From assembly GCA_030704615.1 (NCBI GenBank), contig CM060734.1, positions 1,984,001 through 2,048,000 on the forward strand: DNA of 64,000 nucleotides. The letters are read 5' to 3'. Positions 1 to 13,985 of this stretch are shown here, piece after piece. Positions within the stretch are counted from its first letter, which is position 1. Each line of letters begins with the position of its first letter. The DNA comes from Takakia lepidozioides (Eukaryota > Plantae > Bryophyta). The translations under genes were made by a program, and so were the position numbers. The notes beneath the pieces are model-generated. The model saw only the letters and a program-made list of their open reading frames with translations. It was not told the origin of the DNA and did no database searches.

Positions 1-433
1 TCAATGAGGTGTCTTTAACCACTCAAGATCAACGTGCACTGTCCCTGGCCGCGTGGAATATTATATTTATAAATTAAAATATATTTTCAAATCATAAATC
101 ACAAATATTATTTGAATTATTACACGTGGAGTAGTAAGTGGTTTCAACCACTTCCCATCACTGAGGTGTCTATAACCACTCACAATGTACCACTGCACTC
201 GTCCACGTGGAATATTATATTATATTAATTAAAATGTATTACCAAATAAATTATAATAAACTATTACACGTGGACTACCGAGTGGTTGAAACCACTTCCA
301 ACCACTGTTTGTGATGCCACCGTGGCATTTCATTGGGATTAACCATTGACAAGTGGTTACTAGTGGTTTATAGAGTGGAAAAAGACAGTATTGGTTAAAG
401 GGCCAGTGGTTATTCCACGTTTTTCTTCTAGTG
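1..433. mobile_element. Right end of a CACTA (En/Spm) DNA transposon with subterminal repeats
   Basis: Ends in TTTTCTTCTAGTG (reverse complement CACTAGAAGAAAA). It is preceded by dense direct and inverted repeats (AACCACT/AGTGGTT, CACGTGG) typical of CACTA subterminal regions. Confidence 0.75.
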
Positions 434-577
434 GTTTGTGCTAGTGTTGTTGTTGTTGATTGTATTGGTGCTTCTTGTTCATGGTCTTGCTCCCACCAAT
501 TTCGCCAATTGACATTTCATTTGTCTTACTATTACCTTGTTGAGTTTCTTCATTTCCAGATCACTCCCTTCACTCAA

Positions 578-2900
578 TCATGATTGGGCCAAGGCTGCGT
601 CTGCTGCGTCCAACGCTGCTTGCAGTGTTAGCTTCTCCAGCTGCTGCTTCCATTCTTGTTCATTGTTTATGTCAATTTCTCTTTCTGTGGTGGCTGTGAA
701 CAGCCTACTTTCCGCATTTTCCCTTTCTCTCAGCAGTATGGTATTGCATGATAGCCACTTAGCAGCCTTCAACTGCCCCTTGAGTGTCTCTACCTGCCTT
801 TTGAGTGTCTCCACCTGCCCCTTGAGTGTCTCCACCTCTGTCTCCGTGTTTCAAGATCGTTCTCTTTCTGCATCGAGGTCGGCTTGGACATGGTGTGTTT
901 CGTCCCTCTGCTTTTGCCACTTCTGTTCCCACTCGTCTCGGTGTTCTATCGAGGTGTTGTACTGGCGAAGCAAAGTAGTTTGTTGATCCTCTAATGCCGC
1001 AATTGTGACCTCGTGGTTACAACCTGTTCGTGCTGCTGCCAATTCCCTCTGGTGTTTTTCTTTGAGGTGGTCCGGGGTTTGCTATTCTATCAGCTATCAG
1101 CCATCAGTCATCAGCCATCAGTGTGACGTGGATGCGCAAACGGCGGCCACATGGCAATATAATTTTTTTTTCTCGGGCTGCCCGTAATTGTATGCTTGGA
1201 TTTGTGAGAAACAATAATGAAAAATGACACGGGATTGTACTGACATGCCACCTTTGGCTGCCGAAGGTGGAGGCTGAGCGGGAGAACATAAAGGTAAAAA
1301 CGAAATAAATGGATGTTAAAATAAAAATAAAACCAACATTGTACTGACATGCACCTTTGGCTGACGAAGGTGGAGGTTGAGCGGGAGAACATAAAGGTAA
1401 AAACGAAATAAATGGATGTTGGGGAAAAAAAAACCAACATGAGATATGAACTTCTAACGTGGAAGAATTATGCACGAACATGGAAGAATTCTACATGTTT
1501 TTTAGCCGTTTTAATCTCTAGCTTGGATTATCGTATGCTACGGAAATGTCCAATGATGCTGGTGAAAAATATATATATTTGTTGGACCTAAGTTGAACGA
1601 AGGTAGCTCTTCTGTCCTTGTATAAGGTATTTTTTCGCTTTTTTGAATGTGATCTGTTAGTCAATTTCAAACTCTAAAATTTATTTATTTCCGGGCAGGT
1701 TCGTTGGGCAGATTGAAATGTTCTTGTTCACCTTCGTTAACCTTCGTCACTGATGGAATTGCGTTGGTAATTGACAGAATAGGAGCTCTCGGGTGGTCCA
1801 TGATCATGGTAAGGTTCTCCGGACTTATGTAATCCTTGGCTCTGTCCATGTAGGCTGTTACTTGGCCCAACGCTTGTACTACCTGCAGAATTGCATTCGG
1901 TGGTGCTTCCTCCAAACCCGTGTCCCATGCTGTTATATCTAGGACCTGCTATGAGAATAATAATTCCAAATTACATTGTCTTGCTGCTGCTGACCTTGTA
2001 TCGCTTGCACCACCTGCTGTTGCTGCACAACTATGGCTCCCACCTCTGTTGCTAGTTGTGTGACCTCTGCAGGTGTTGTTTGCTGGATTTCTGTCTTGGC
2101 AGGGGTAATTTCCATAGGTGTCGTTTCATTGGCATGCGGCTTGTCCCCTCCTTCTGGCTGTTGATTCTCTCTTTCTCTCTGCAGTGTAGAATCAGCCGTT
2201 GAGTTGAAGAGGTTTTCCGCCATTGCACTCGTGGTTGCTTTGTCGATTCGGGCCCTCTTTGCAAGTCCGCCCTCTTCCTCCATTGGTCGTCTTTCCTCAT
2301 TTTGCCCTGTTGCCGTCTCGCTTCCTTCTTCCTCCATCGCGTCTGCCCGCTGCATGACTCCTAATGCTTTTCTGGTGTTAAGTGCACCGTGTGTCAAATC
2401 ATTTGGAGTAACAGAGGAGTCACCATAATCACTGTTGGTTCCTTCTTCTTCTTTGTCAACCTGGTTAATTCTTGGGTCAACTTCTTCAACAAGAAGCCTG
2501 CCCAATTCACAATTTCCCGTTGAGGCAAATTAACACCTGGTCGATTAGCTCCTTGGTGCAATAGCTGTGGTTTTGCTTGAGGCAAAGCAACATGCTAAGC
2601 ACCGGGGCTATCTTCTTAAAGCCGGGGGGTTTGTTGTGACTGCATGTGATCGGCTTGGTTGAGATTCTCAAATAGATCCGCGATTACAAACCTTGGTGGT
2701 TCGCTGCTGTGCGCTGGGTCGTCTTGACTGGGAAGATGAAACACTTCCGCCAAGTACTTCTCCGTCAGTAGAATATATGTGTCATGGACGTTTGTGCTTC
2801 AAGCGCTGGTATTATAGTTCTCCAAGAACTCCCTGCACAGATCGTCGTGCTTAAGGTTCCAGTCCAAAGTGTTGATGAAGTGTCGCAGGCCAAGACTGTC
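578..2900 (-). pseudogene. Extra ORF(s) 3' of Gypsy pol: plant-transposon-protein-like segment, Q/E-rich region and coiled-coil
   Basis: Manual translation of ~2720-2900 gives LDSLGLRHFINTLDWNLKHDDLCREFLENYN*..ILLTEKYLAEVFHLP, resembling Athila/Tat-type extra ORFs (Transposase_32-like). ORFs 578..1042 are heptad coiled-coil (VETLKGQ repeats). Confidence 0.55.
1236..1440. repeat. Two-copy ~104-bp tandem repeat within a non-coding insert (~1070-1690) interrupting the Gypsy 3' ORFs
   Basis: TGTACTGACATGC..CTTTGGCTG..GAAGGTGGAGG..GAGCGGGAGAACATAAAGGTAAAAACGAAATAAATGGATGTT starts at ~1236 and ~1340. Confidence 0.85.
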
Positions 2901-3657
2901 CAACGTCTCCTGTGTGTCTGCTCTTGCTCGATCTTCCTCAACACCGGGCTGATTGCGTATAAGAACCTGGTGTCTTCCGCTTGGTGCCTGCCATTTCCCT
3001 TAGTTTTGCTGTTGCTGTAAGGAATTGGAGCACCAATTCTTGTATCAAGAGCAGTATGAAGCACACTGGAAGTTGTGTAGACAGCAATTTCCAGTTTGCG
3101 GAAGAGGAAGTGTGGGGCTCGTTTATGGGTTTAAGTAGGGGTTCTGCCTTTTGGGCTTCCACTCTTGCTTCTCTCGAAGTTCTCATGGAGGTAATTATGT
3201 CGTGATGTCCTCCTAGGTTTAAAGCGCAGTTAGCTTTAATTGTTGGGCCCGTACTTACCAAGAAGCATTTGGCTTCTGGTAACGGTTTTGGGTGGATCTC
3301 ATCCTTTTTCTGGATGTGTTTGATTATCTTTCGTTGGTGTTTTCTTCGTGGTTCATCCTAGATTGGGATGATGGTCGTTGATGATTGTCGTAGTTTGGTT
3401 GGTTTACGTTCATCCATCTTGGATGCGTTTATCCATCTTGGTACGTTGTCTGTTTTTAGATGAGTGGCAAATCGGTTTAATGGCTTTGCCCTTATCTTCC
3501 GCCGTCTTTTGGCAATCCGTTGGATTGCGCCGTCGTTCTTGCTCCGTGTTATGATCGATGGTTCGTGGTGTATTATTACCACGGTCGGTGGGGTCATCTG
3601 GAGCGTACATCTCAGAGTTTAATACAAGCAGTGACTCGTTGGCTGCTTTGTATTTGT

Positions 3658-4934
3658 TCACGGTTCTGTAGGGCATGTGTGCTGGCCACGGCTCTCCATA
3701 TGGTATACGTGGTGGTAGTGCCGACATCCAAACTCGTGGTGGTCAAAACGTGGTGGTGCCCTGAACTTAGACTCATCTGCAATTTGGTCTTCCTCGTTGG
3801 CATGTAAGTCATGGATGAGGCCTCTGTCATGTATCCCTTTGTAGCCCTTTAATTTGTTGATATTTATTCGTCCCACGAATTCTTGTTCTAGGGTCTGCAA
3901 ATCGACAGTTCCATTGTCATGTACATTTTTGTTTTGAAAATGTCCCATCCATGGCATTTCAATTTCCCTCCCAGTTTGATCTTTTTGATTTTTGGTTGCC
4001 ACAAAACAATTTCTCCGTCCTGGAAAGATTTTTCTTTCCCTTCTGATATTCTTTTCCTTTGTTGTTCATGAATTTGTGCCATGTTATCTGCAACGTCTGC
4101 CCGAACCTCTTCCAGATGAAATAACTCATGCTCCCTGACTCGTAAAGATTCTTCTAAACCCCATCGTTCATGAGTTCCGGTTGGTAATGTAGGTATCATG
4201 CATTCAATGGGTAAGAGTGCCTCTGTTCCATACACCAGTTGAAATGGTGTATGTTTCGTGGTCACCTTGTATGATGTCCTGAATGCCCATAGTGTTGTGT
4301 TCATTTTGGTGTCCCAATCTGTGCGATTGGCATTCACTATCTTAGTCAGGATAGTGCACAAAATCTTGTTGGTAGATTCGGCTTGGCCATTTCCCTGGGG
4401 ATAATAAGCAGTGCTTTTATGATGTACAATCATGAATTCTTCCATCAAGCATTTTATGGCATCATTCATAAAATGTGATCCCTGATTACTGACGAATTCC
4501 AGTGGGCAACCAAATCGTGTGATGATGTTCTCATATAAGAATTTGGTTGTTGACCTGGCAGTGTTGTCTCTTAGTGCCTTGGCCTCTACCCACTTGGTAG
4601 TGTAATCGGTGGCTATGAGAATGTATTGGTTCTGTGTGTACCTCGCTGGAGGTTTAATAGGTCCCACGAAGTCTAGTCCCCAACGTTGAAATGGTTTTGT
4701 TGGTAGTATTGGGTGCATAGCTCCTTTTCCAGTTCTTTCTACTGGTCCCATTTTCTGGCAGACATCACACTGTTGGCAGTGTTCGTAAGTGTCTCCGAAA
4801 ATTGTAGGCCACCAGTATCCTGCCAATAATATCTTCTTTGTTGTTAGATCTGAACTGAAGTGTCCTCCTGATACTCCTTCGTGTAATTCTTGCATCACTG
4901 TTTTGGCCTGTTCTTTGTTGACACATCTTCTCAT
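3658..4934 (-). pseudogene. Gypsy integrase with C-terminal extension (frameshifted)
   Basis: HHCC zinc finger and rve core in ORF 3888..4934; SH3-like tail continues in ORF 3658..4002. Confidence 0.92.
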
Positions 4935-5303
4935 GATGGAATCAATTCCTCGCTTGTTATCGTGTATGGTTTGCTTTTCATTGAAAGCTTTCTCCTGTCA
5001 TCTTTGGTATATTCCTCAGGAAATTTTCTTGTTATCAAGTAGTATTTGATTGGCCATTGCCAATCAGCTTGATCTTGGTCCTGAAGTCCTTCTGATTCTT
5101 CCTTGGTGACTACATAAGTCCCAATGCTAATGTTGGCCAATTCTTGATCATTTGGCTCGTCGTTTTCCTTGTTATCTTCTGAACTTCTGGATCTGACTCT
5201 TCCTCAATAATTGGTCCTTCATCAAGGGGTTCGTCTTATCTGATGAATCTTCTTCTTCATCAGTGTCATCCATCAACTTCAGCGAGTCTGAAAGGTCATA
5301 GTC

Positions 5304-7650
5304 TCATTGGAATACTCCCAGAGCATCTAGAGGGTCTGTTTCTTCTTCTTGTGCTTCTGGTTGAACAACAAACAGAAATGCATCGGGAAGTTGATCCTCT
5401 ACTCCTGTGGCTGGTTCTCCAGTAGTAAGTCTTGACAGATGATCTGCTGTAACGTGTAATCTTCCAGGGTTATGAACAACTTCAAAATCATACTCATGAA
5501 GAATCAATAACCATCGAACAACCCTGCTACTAGCTAGTGGCCGATTTGCCAAATGAACCAAAGCCTGATGATCGACAATAAATATCGATTGCCAAGTAAA
5601 TAGTGCCGAAACTTTTGAACAGCATAAATCATTGCCAATGCCTCTCTTTCCGTGGTGCTATAGTTCTTCTCAGCTGCTGTCAGTATTCTGCTTGTATTAT
5701 AGATTGGTGAATCTATTGTGCCTATCACATTCTGAGCCAGAACTGCCCCTAGGGCGATGCCTGATGCATCACTATGTACATGAAATGGTAAATCCCATCT
5801 TGGGTTGATCAGTATTGGTGCTGATGTGAGTGCCCTTTTTAGTGAATCGAATGATTCCTAACAAGCTGGAGACCATTGGTATTCATCATCCTTCTTCAGT
5901 AGTCTATAGACTGGTGCTGCTCTGTGAACATACTTGGCCATGTATCTTCTGTAATAGCTTGTCTGTCCCAGAAATCTTTTGAGTTTCTTTGGATTTTCTG
6001 GTGGTGGTATTTTCTGGATATTGTCCACCTTCTTTGGGTTAACCAAAATTCTCTGTTGGCACACAATGTGTCGCAACAGTAATCCTGAATTCACACAAAA
6101 TGTACATTTCTCGGGATTGAGACTTACTCCATTGTCTCTACAGGCTTGTAGGCAAAGTTTTAACTCTGCCAAGTGTTTGGATTTCTGTCCGAAGATGCTG
6201 AAATCGTCTAAGAATACCTGCATAAAGTCATTGAGATAGCTCCTGAATATCTCAGATACTACTCTCTGAAACGTGGCAGATGCGTTGCAAAGTCCAAATG
6301 GCATGACTTTGTAAGCGTAGGCTCCCCATTCAATGATGAATGCGGTCTTCTCTTGGTCTTCTTCTGGCATCTGTACTTGATTGTACCCACTGAATCCATC
6401 CATGAATGAGTACATCTCATGCCCCGCCACTGTGTCCAACATTATCTCCGTGAAAGGTAGTGGAAATGGATCTTTCTTGGTTCTTGCATTTAATTTGCGG
6501 TAGTCCACACATACTCGTAAATTACCATTCTTCTTGGGCACTATCACAATGGACGATAACCATTGTCGTGTCTCTACTGGGTATATGAATCCTGCATCCA
6601 GTAATTTCTTGATTTCTTCCCAAACCTTAGCTGCATAGTTGGGGTTCATTCTATAACGGTTATGACGAATTGGCTTAGTATCAACTTCCAACTCAATCCG
6701 GTGCTGACAGATGTTGGAAGGTATGTCCTTCAAATCTTTGTAGTTCCAAGCGAATACATCCTTGTATTCAGTGAATAATGCAGTGGCTTCTTGTAGAAAT
6801 GATTCTTCAAGACCTACACTTACTCGTATTATCTGTGGTTCTTCCACTGTTCCAAGATTCACTTGAGTCAATTGTGTTTCTTCCGTCACTGTCCATCCTG
6901 CAATCTCCTGTCCAATGGTCGCAATCGGTACTTCACTGATGTTAATGTCTTCTTCTCTTTCTTGATAAAAGCGAGCAGGGTGTTGAGGTGTGTCCATAGC
7001 TTCTTCCTCAAGATCTTCCGTTATTGAAGTACTTGTTTCTCCTTGGGTGTTCACCATGTGACATCCTACCATTGTGGTATTTTTGACCACTAATTGACCA
7101 ATGGGTTCTAACTGTGGATGCGCTGCATACACTGTGGCTTCTTCTTCATCCGACAGTCCACTGAACCAGTCATACTCTTCCACTAGGCAAGGTCGTTTCT
7201 CTCGTGGAATCGTACCTCGTTGCTTCGTGGTGATAGTGACTTGTTCTGATCCCTTCTTGATCGTGAGAGTCTGACTTCCCCAATCGTGGTGCGATTGGGC
7301 TTGTGTTAACCATGGTCGGCCAAGTAGTAGCGAATATCCTTCTGCCACATCTTCCATTCTAAGAATGGTTACTGATACTTCGTATACCAGTCCTGCTACT
7401 TTCATTGCACGACGTCTGATGATGCCCAATGGCTGTACTTTCCTTTGATCGGCCATTCAAACTGTGAATGGAGCAGGTTCCATTGCCCCAATCCTAGTGA
7501 CTTCTTCATCCTTTCCGTCATGATATTCACTCCCGATCCTCCATCGATGAGTACATCCGTTACCAGCTTCCGTCCAATACGTACTTGTATTACCGGTATT
7601 GCTTCATCGTAGTCTGGAGCTCGTTGTATAATCGTGGGTTTAATCGTGTA
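5304..7650 (-). pseudogene. Gypsy protease/RT/RNase H (frameshifted)
   Basis: ORF 5858..7456 carries the RT motifs; VLIDGGSGVNI protease site near 7530-7560; RNase H ORFs 5534..5728 and 5304..5561. Confidence 0.92.
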
Positions 7651-9960
7651 AACCTCTGGTGTTGGTTTAGTTTAGTGCAGGGGTCAAAGCCTCAATTGCT
7701 CGAAATAAAGTTTTCTTGCATTGTGGAGCAATTTTTAATAATTGTCCAATGGTAATTTGGGTCTTGGTCTGGCATATTACTTCAGCCAATGTTGTCTCCG
7801 TGGTTTCATTCGTGGTCTTCGTCGTTGATCTAATCTGATTATTTGGAGTTGGATCTCCCGAAGGTATATGAGTTCCTTCTTGTAATTGAGCTATGGCCTT
7901 CTTACTTCCTGGTGTAAGCTCTTTTTTTCCTGCCATGCTGCACTTTCTGGATATTGTTTCCGGTCTTCTTTGGTTTCAGCTTCCGTATCTAGAGGTTTCT
8001 GCTTCTTGGCCTGAGTTCGGGTTATCGCAAGGGTATCCACTACAGAGGTTACCACGCTCATGGCTACACTCGGTCCGGCTTCCATGTTCCCCAATTCTAC
8101 CTCATGCTTGAGTCGCAACTGGCATTCGTGTTTCCAGTGTCCCTCTTGAGTCTTTCTTGCAATAGTGGCATCTTGTGGTTTCCTTGTTTCTGGGTTGATG
8201 TTCCCTATCCCATGGTGGATAGTCATCTCGTGGCCTCTGGTAACGGTTACCCGTATTGTATCGTCTTGGTCCATCCGATCCTCCCTGTCGGACTTGGACT
8301 TGGTGTACCCCCACCTCTCGTGTGTACCCACTCTTCTTGGCCCGTTGATTGTAAATACAATGGCTGGTATTATGATTGTTCATATGACAAATATCACAGT
8401 ATTTGTCTTTCATATGCCATTCTGTTGCTAGGTGTCCAGTGGTCCCGCATTTATGACACCATGTTGCCTTTCTTGACCCTTCAGTTTTAAAATTCTTGAG
8501 AGCCTCTGATATCTTCTGTGGTCCAGGGTGGTTTTATCAATCACCTCTTTTTTCTTTGGTTTGGGTTTTTCCTCATCATCAGAGTCTTCCTCTTCCAGGG
8601 TGTCCTTGGAATCCTTGTTTCTGCTCTGGTGGAACCCGAGTTCCAATTTCTTAGCAGTCGCTACTGCTTCAGCCAAAGTGTTGTTGGGTAAAACTGTAAC
8701 CAGAGTTACGTACTCAGGACGAAGTCCATTGACGAACCATGACTTCTGTAAGTCATCCCCTGGTGCTTGGTTTAACTTCCTGACCAGAGTTTTCATCCTC
8801 TCCAGGTATTCAACTACCAATTCTTTCTTTTTCTGTCTTAGATTTTGTAATCCTGTAAAGATTTCAGATGTGGATTTGTTGGAACGATATTGTTCTTGAA
8901 AGGCTGCTTTCATGTTGTCCTAGGTTGCAAAATGATTGGCTGGGAACGTTGCCAACCATTCCATGCCCTTCCTGGTTAGTGAACAAGGAAATAATTGGAT
9001 CATTTTCTGATCCGTGGCCTCATTGTAAATAATGCACATGTTCTCGAATTGATTAAGATGTCTTGATCAGATTTCCCATCATACAGAGGAAATGGTGGTC
9101 GGGTTTTGCTTGCTGCTAGAGCCATTGGTGCTGCTGGTGCAACGGGTGCCACTAGTTGTCCAAACTGAAATGGTCCAGCTGCTGTTGATGGTGTTGGTGT
9201 TGGGACTGTAACTACTAAGGGTGTTGCTGGTGTTTGTCTTCCAAACGGAGATTCAAAACTCAGAGGTCCTTGTCCCAAAGATAGCCGCCTACCAGCTGTT
9301 GTCCCTACTAAGCTTAATGAATCTTTAAAAGCTTTGAGTGCGGTTCTGGTTATCCTTTCTGGAGAAGCAGTTTCACTTCTCTCACCTTCTTCACTCAGAA
9401 TTCTGGGTTAACGGGGAGAGATTGGCTCCCAGCCTTGGATTGTCTTCACTGAAAGTTCTCCATGTGATTTCCACATTCTCAAACTTTTCTTCCAATATTT
9501 CAGCAAAACCTTGATTTGGACTTGTTACTATAGAAGGTCCTTCAGATCTTTCTTGTGGTAACCATTCGCCAGGTGTATTGCTTGCAACTCCTTCTGGTAT
9601 AGTGTTCTCACTTTCCGGAGATCTGATTTCCTGATCTTCTGGTTTATCACTGTCAGTTTGTCTTGATGCCTCTCCTTGAATAATATTCAAGTTCTGTAAT
9701 TCTGGGAACTCTTTTCTCAACCGAGCTTCCCTTTTCTTTCAGTTCTGTCTTGCTTAGTTTTTTCCTTATTTTTCTCATTCATTTCCACATCATATATAGA
9801 ATTCCTTTTCAATATCCTTTCATAAGCCTTGGTATGTCAGTAAAGAAAATTATAGTGGTCTCTACCCTTTCTCCAAGATCACACCATCCTGCCAGAATCT
9901 GTAGCACGACTTAATTTTCCTTTACTGACCTTGAGTTCACTTGAACTTAACATACTGTTA

Positions 9961-9979
9961 GTCCCCAGTATGGTCGCCA
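9961..9979 (-). promoter_or_regulatory. Primer-binding site of the Gypsy element (non-Met tRNA type)
   Basis: Minus strand reads ..GTTAACA tt TGGCGACCATACTGGGGAC: an LTR-terminal CA followed by TGG. Confidence 0.75.
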
Positions 9980-10975
9980 AATGTTAACCGCTGGTTTGTG
10001 ACTTAGACAAAACAGACTCTCATCACTACTGCCCATTTCCCAAGACATGCAACAGAGATTGTCCGACGGTATGCCTTCGGAAACGATTACAGAGTAATCG
10101 TTCTAAGGATAGCTAAAACGTGGCAGTTTTCTGAATCAACATCTCTGCAGGTTGCTTAATCCTACTGACCTGCAGTCCCATTAACCTAAAAGATCTTAGT
10201 CGGAAAGGCTGAAGCCGCTTTGTTCATACAACAAGACAGTATACAAGACAACCAAGAGCTATTCTGAGATGATGCACATTCTCACTATCTTACGTTCTCT
10301 CATAATGTACATTCTCTCCATGTCACAATCACTCTATACAAAGATGCTTGGAATAGCATGGCTTTAATTCAGAGTCATCACATCATAGCACAAGTACACA
10401 TCGAATCACTTTAATTCCACTAGATACACACTGATCCTTCATAAGTTGCGTGCAGTTCTTTTATACTATGCTCGAAAGAACCGTTTACAGTCTGCGGTCG
10501 TTACTGACCGTTGTCTAACTGCCTACGCAACCTAAAAGGTTTGCCAAAAAAGTGGCCCGTGGTTGTGGCTCGTGGCTCGTAGTCGTGTGCCTTAGTGGTA
10601 CACGGCCCACGGTCCCTCACTACTCCTTCTTAAACGACAGAGAACAGTCCAGCCTTTTGTAGGCGATCGGCCCACAAACAGGCCAGATACCGTGGATGGT
10701 ATTTAAGACCGGAGTGGGCGTCGACCTCAGAGACATCTGAATTTGGTTCCAGGTTGCTTGGAGGTTGAAAGGTCTGTGATACTGGCTAAGTATCAGTGCC
10801 ACGAGGGCAGGACAACGCACGAAGGTACATGGCGGGTAGTGATTTACTTCACACTACCTGGCCACGAGGCAGATAAAGCTAAGTGCTCGGCACTTAGCAG
10901 CAGCGAAGCACGAGACACACTACCACGAGGAACAGTAGTGAGTAGTGTAGCAACCAAGGGCCGTGAACCATGACG

Positions 10976-13369
10976 TCAATGGCCACGGTAGCATAGACTT
11001 TTACTATTGGGTCGCATTCGAAGGTGGTCTCGAAGGAGGTCTCGGAGGGGGGTGTGTCTGAGATGGACCGACATGTGAGGAACCACGGGTCTGCTGCGCA
11101 ACACGTCGGTTAAGGTGGAATTATAATGACAGGTTGTCATCATCCGAGACTTCAACTTCCGCCTGGTCGAATGCAACAGAATGATGCACGCGTATGGAAA
11201 ACAGAACAACCCTGTTGCTCCTTAATGCCCGCTGTGTTGATGGGGAGGTGGATCGATTTTCGGAATATTGTGGTGGAGCTGGTCGTATTGGTGAGGCATG
11301 TTCCCGTCCTGTCGACTGTACAATGGGTTTGACACCATCGTTTGTATGAACAGGGTTACGTACGTCGCTCGGTCTTGGTAGTTCATCACCCCTTAGCTCC
11401 ATTGGGGCACTGCCGGTGGTTTCAGCGTGTAGTGGGGGGCGAGAGTTGACCCCAACTTCATTCTGAAGACCATGTTCTGGGGAGGTCACAATTGCAGCAT
11501 GACCCTCATCTGTGATACATATTTTGTCAAGAATGCCATCAAAAGTCGTCTGGATATAGGTATCATCCTCTGTGAACGTAAACGAGTTATACGCATTGTC
11601 GGGAGCATCATCAGACCCATCTCCACTATCGGAGGCAGATGAGTCCCTCTGAGACTCAGTTCGTCACTCATCAAATCTGCCTCAGAAGCAGAGTCTTCGG
11701 AATGCAAGTTCCTCTCATACCATGTTGCAACATCATCCGCTGCCCTCTCACGTAGCAATCGGCAATTGGTATACATATATACCAATTTGTCAGCCCTCGT
11801 GGGATTCAACTTGTTATGAATCTTGTTATGAATAAATGAGTAATTGCTCCAATTGTGTTTGCAAGATGAGGCAGAGCACACTTGGGCAAGAATACGCTTC
11901 GCAGTGGGAGCTAATGTTCTTGCTCTAGCTCCAATCAAATCCCACCATTTATGTGGGCAACATGTTGAGCTCTTTCGGATCCGACATGTCCTCCAAAGGG
12001 TTGCGGCGATCTAAGAAGCATTGGTACTCGAATATAGTTCTCTCTGCCATGTTCGAAGGAGCCAGTCGCATGAGCACTCGTACGAGGCCGGCCTTGGCAT
12101 CCGCGTCGTCTCGGAGCATGGTATAGTCGAGCAAGAATGGATTGAGCAGAGCCCCCGCATAATGCAAGTCCGTTCGAACCATCGACTGACGGTCGTAAAA
12201 TGCATCCTCAACACTATCCGCAAGTTCAGGTTCCAAGGAGAAAGGAGGATGCCTCAGGGACTGGACATGCTTCTCAAGATTTTGCATTAGTAACCATGCC
12301 TTGCCCATTACTGGTTGCTTTCTATCAAACTCCCGCAAGACAATTAACACCGGCTCTACCATATAAACAAAGTTTTCACATTTCTTCCAGAATTCATCGT
12401 TGCGAATGGTGTTCCGAACCTTTCGACTTTTGCCCAATGATTTGTTTTTTCTCGAGTCCCGCAATGTCCGTGTGTACACCTTCCATTGAGGATTGATGAT
12501 GGTGTGCTCGAGACTGCTCTTCACCGTCACCAACCGATCCACCATCAAGAAGTTAGTGGCAAAACGGGTTTCGCCTGGATTCCGGAGGCCGTATTTTAGT
12601 TCATGCCTCCTATATATTGCCAAAGGGATGTGGTATGTGCGGATGAACGACACAGCGGTCTTCGCTCGCTTGACAAGTTATTTTACCCACTATTATTTTT
12701 CTCAATCTTCCAAAAGGAGGTCAAGGAGATGAGCAACACATCCTTGATAGTACATATGGGGATATCGTGCCAATAACATGTCTGCAGTGTTTCTCGTGTT
12801 AGCGGCATTGTTTGTGCATATTTGCACGATTCTATCACTTCCGATCTGTTCGATGAAGTCCGTCAATAGCTGACATTGATATTAACGTCCATCTTTCTTC
12901 TCACCGCTAGTGTCCACCGATTCCAAGAATTGTTCCCAAGTTGGACATACAAGCATGACATTGAACAATGGTCTGTTTGTAACAGAACTCCAACCATTGG
13001 TACATATAGTGCTTCCAAATTTTCTGAGAGACTCTTCCGACCTATCGTTGACATTTTGGGTAAGCTTTGTTATGGCGTCTTCTAGCAATCCTCTGCGGAG
13101 ATTGTGATAAGAAGGAGGCACGTACGTGGATTTGGACTCCGAGGTTGCTCTAACGGCAGAAACAAATGCCGGAAGCCTTGCCACATTAAACGGTATGTTG
13201 GCCTTGAAGAAAAATTGCGCTCATTTTTTATCCAACTGCATTTTCGCAGACAAGTTAAAGCCTTCATGCATGGATTACTGCCGTAATCCTCTACTCTGTT
13301 GAAGTGTAGGGGTACAAAGAGGTGTTGAAGCAAATGTTGCTTCGGCACAACCCACTTGTTCAAGGACAC
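10976..13369 (-). pseudogene. hAT transposase body (DUF659 plus C-terminal dimerisation domain), degenerate
   Basis: Motifs FFFKANIPFNVA, YVPPSYHNLR, ICT(N)GWS, LRNPGETRFATNF, LHYAGALLNP, ILAQVCSASSCKHNWS..HNKIHNKL..ADKLVY. Splice acceptor at 13370-13371. Confidence 0.9.
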
Positions 13370-13414
13370 CTGAAGCTTAAATGTAAGAATATACAAAATA
13401 AAAGCGACGAATAA

Positions 13415-13492
13415 AAACGACCGCAATATTGGCGGTCGCTTGTGTTTTATAAAGAGTAAAAATAGCGACCGCAGTATTAGCGGTCGCTTAAT
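13415..13492. repeat. Palindromic repeat units (AGCGACCGC-N6-GCGGTCGCT) in the hAT intron
   Basis: Two units directly visible. Confidence 0.85.
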
Positions 13493-13985
13493 TTTAAAAT
13501 TATAACAAATATGGTTGTACCGCCTTTTTCAGGTGGGCGCTATTGGTTGGTCATTTTTTCATTTCACTTTCATTTCAGTTTCATCCTTCTTGGAGCGCAT
13601 ATAAGGGACCAGGGTCACCAAGCTCCTCACTTCTTTTGGCGCAAACACTTGAGGTTGCGATAGATATTCTCTTCCATTGAACGAGAATATAGCCCAAGAG
13701 GAGGGTGCGCACATTTTGTTGTTGTGGCTTCCATCAAAGCCACTTCAGCAAATTGTGTGTAAGCTCAACACTACAAGGTGCATCGACCCACTTGAGTTGG
13801 TGTAGAAGTGTTGGGCTATCGTCGCCTCCCCGTGGGCAAGAAGCTCCTACAGACACCGGTAAATTACCCCCTGCCTCAGCTATTGCTAGGAAGAGTCTAC
13901 ATTCACAGGTTCATATATAGGTCACTGTTTTTTGTGCTTCCATCACTAGGGGAGTGGATATTGGGTGATGATGAGGGAGGAATAG

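Larger units (their letters stand above)
540..10620 (-). mobile_element. Degenerate Ty3/Gypsy LTR retrotransposon (non-chromovirus type): 5' LTR, PBS, gag, PR, RT, RNase H, INT and 3' extra ORFs
   Basis: Gag with zinc knuckles (CDICHMNNHNTSHC); RT motifs (LRVCVDYRKLN, DGFSGYNQV, VMPFGLCNA, FLDDFS); RNase H (EKNYSTTEREALA); integrase ([32 protein letters not shown]) in Gypsy order. Many frameshifts. The 3' LTR is not seen and the outer 5' LTR boundary is approximate. Confidence 0.93.
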
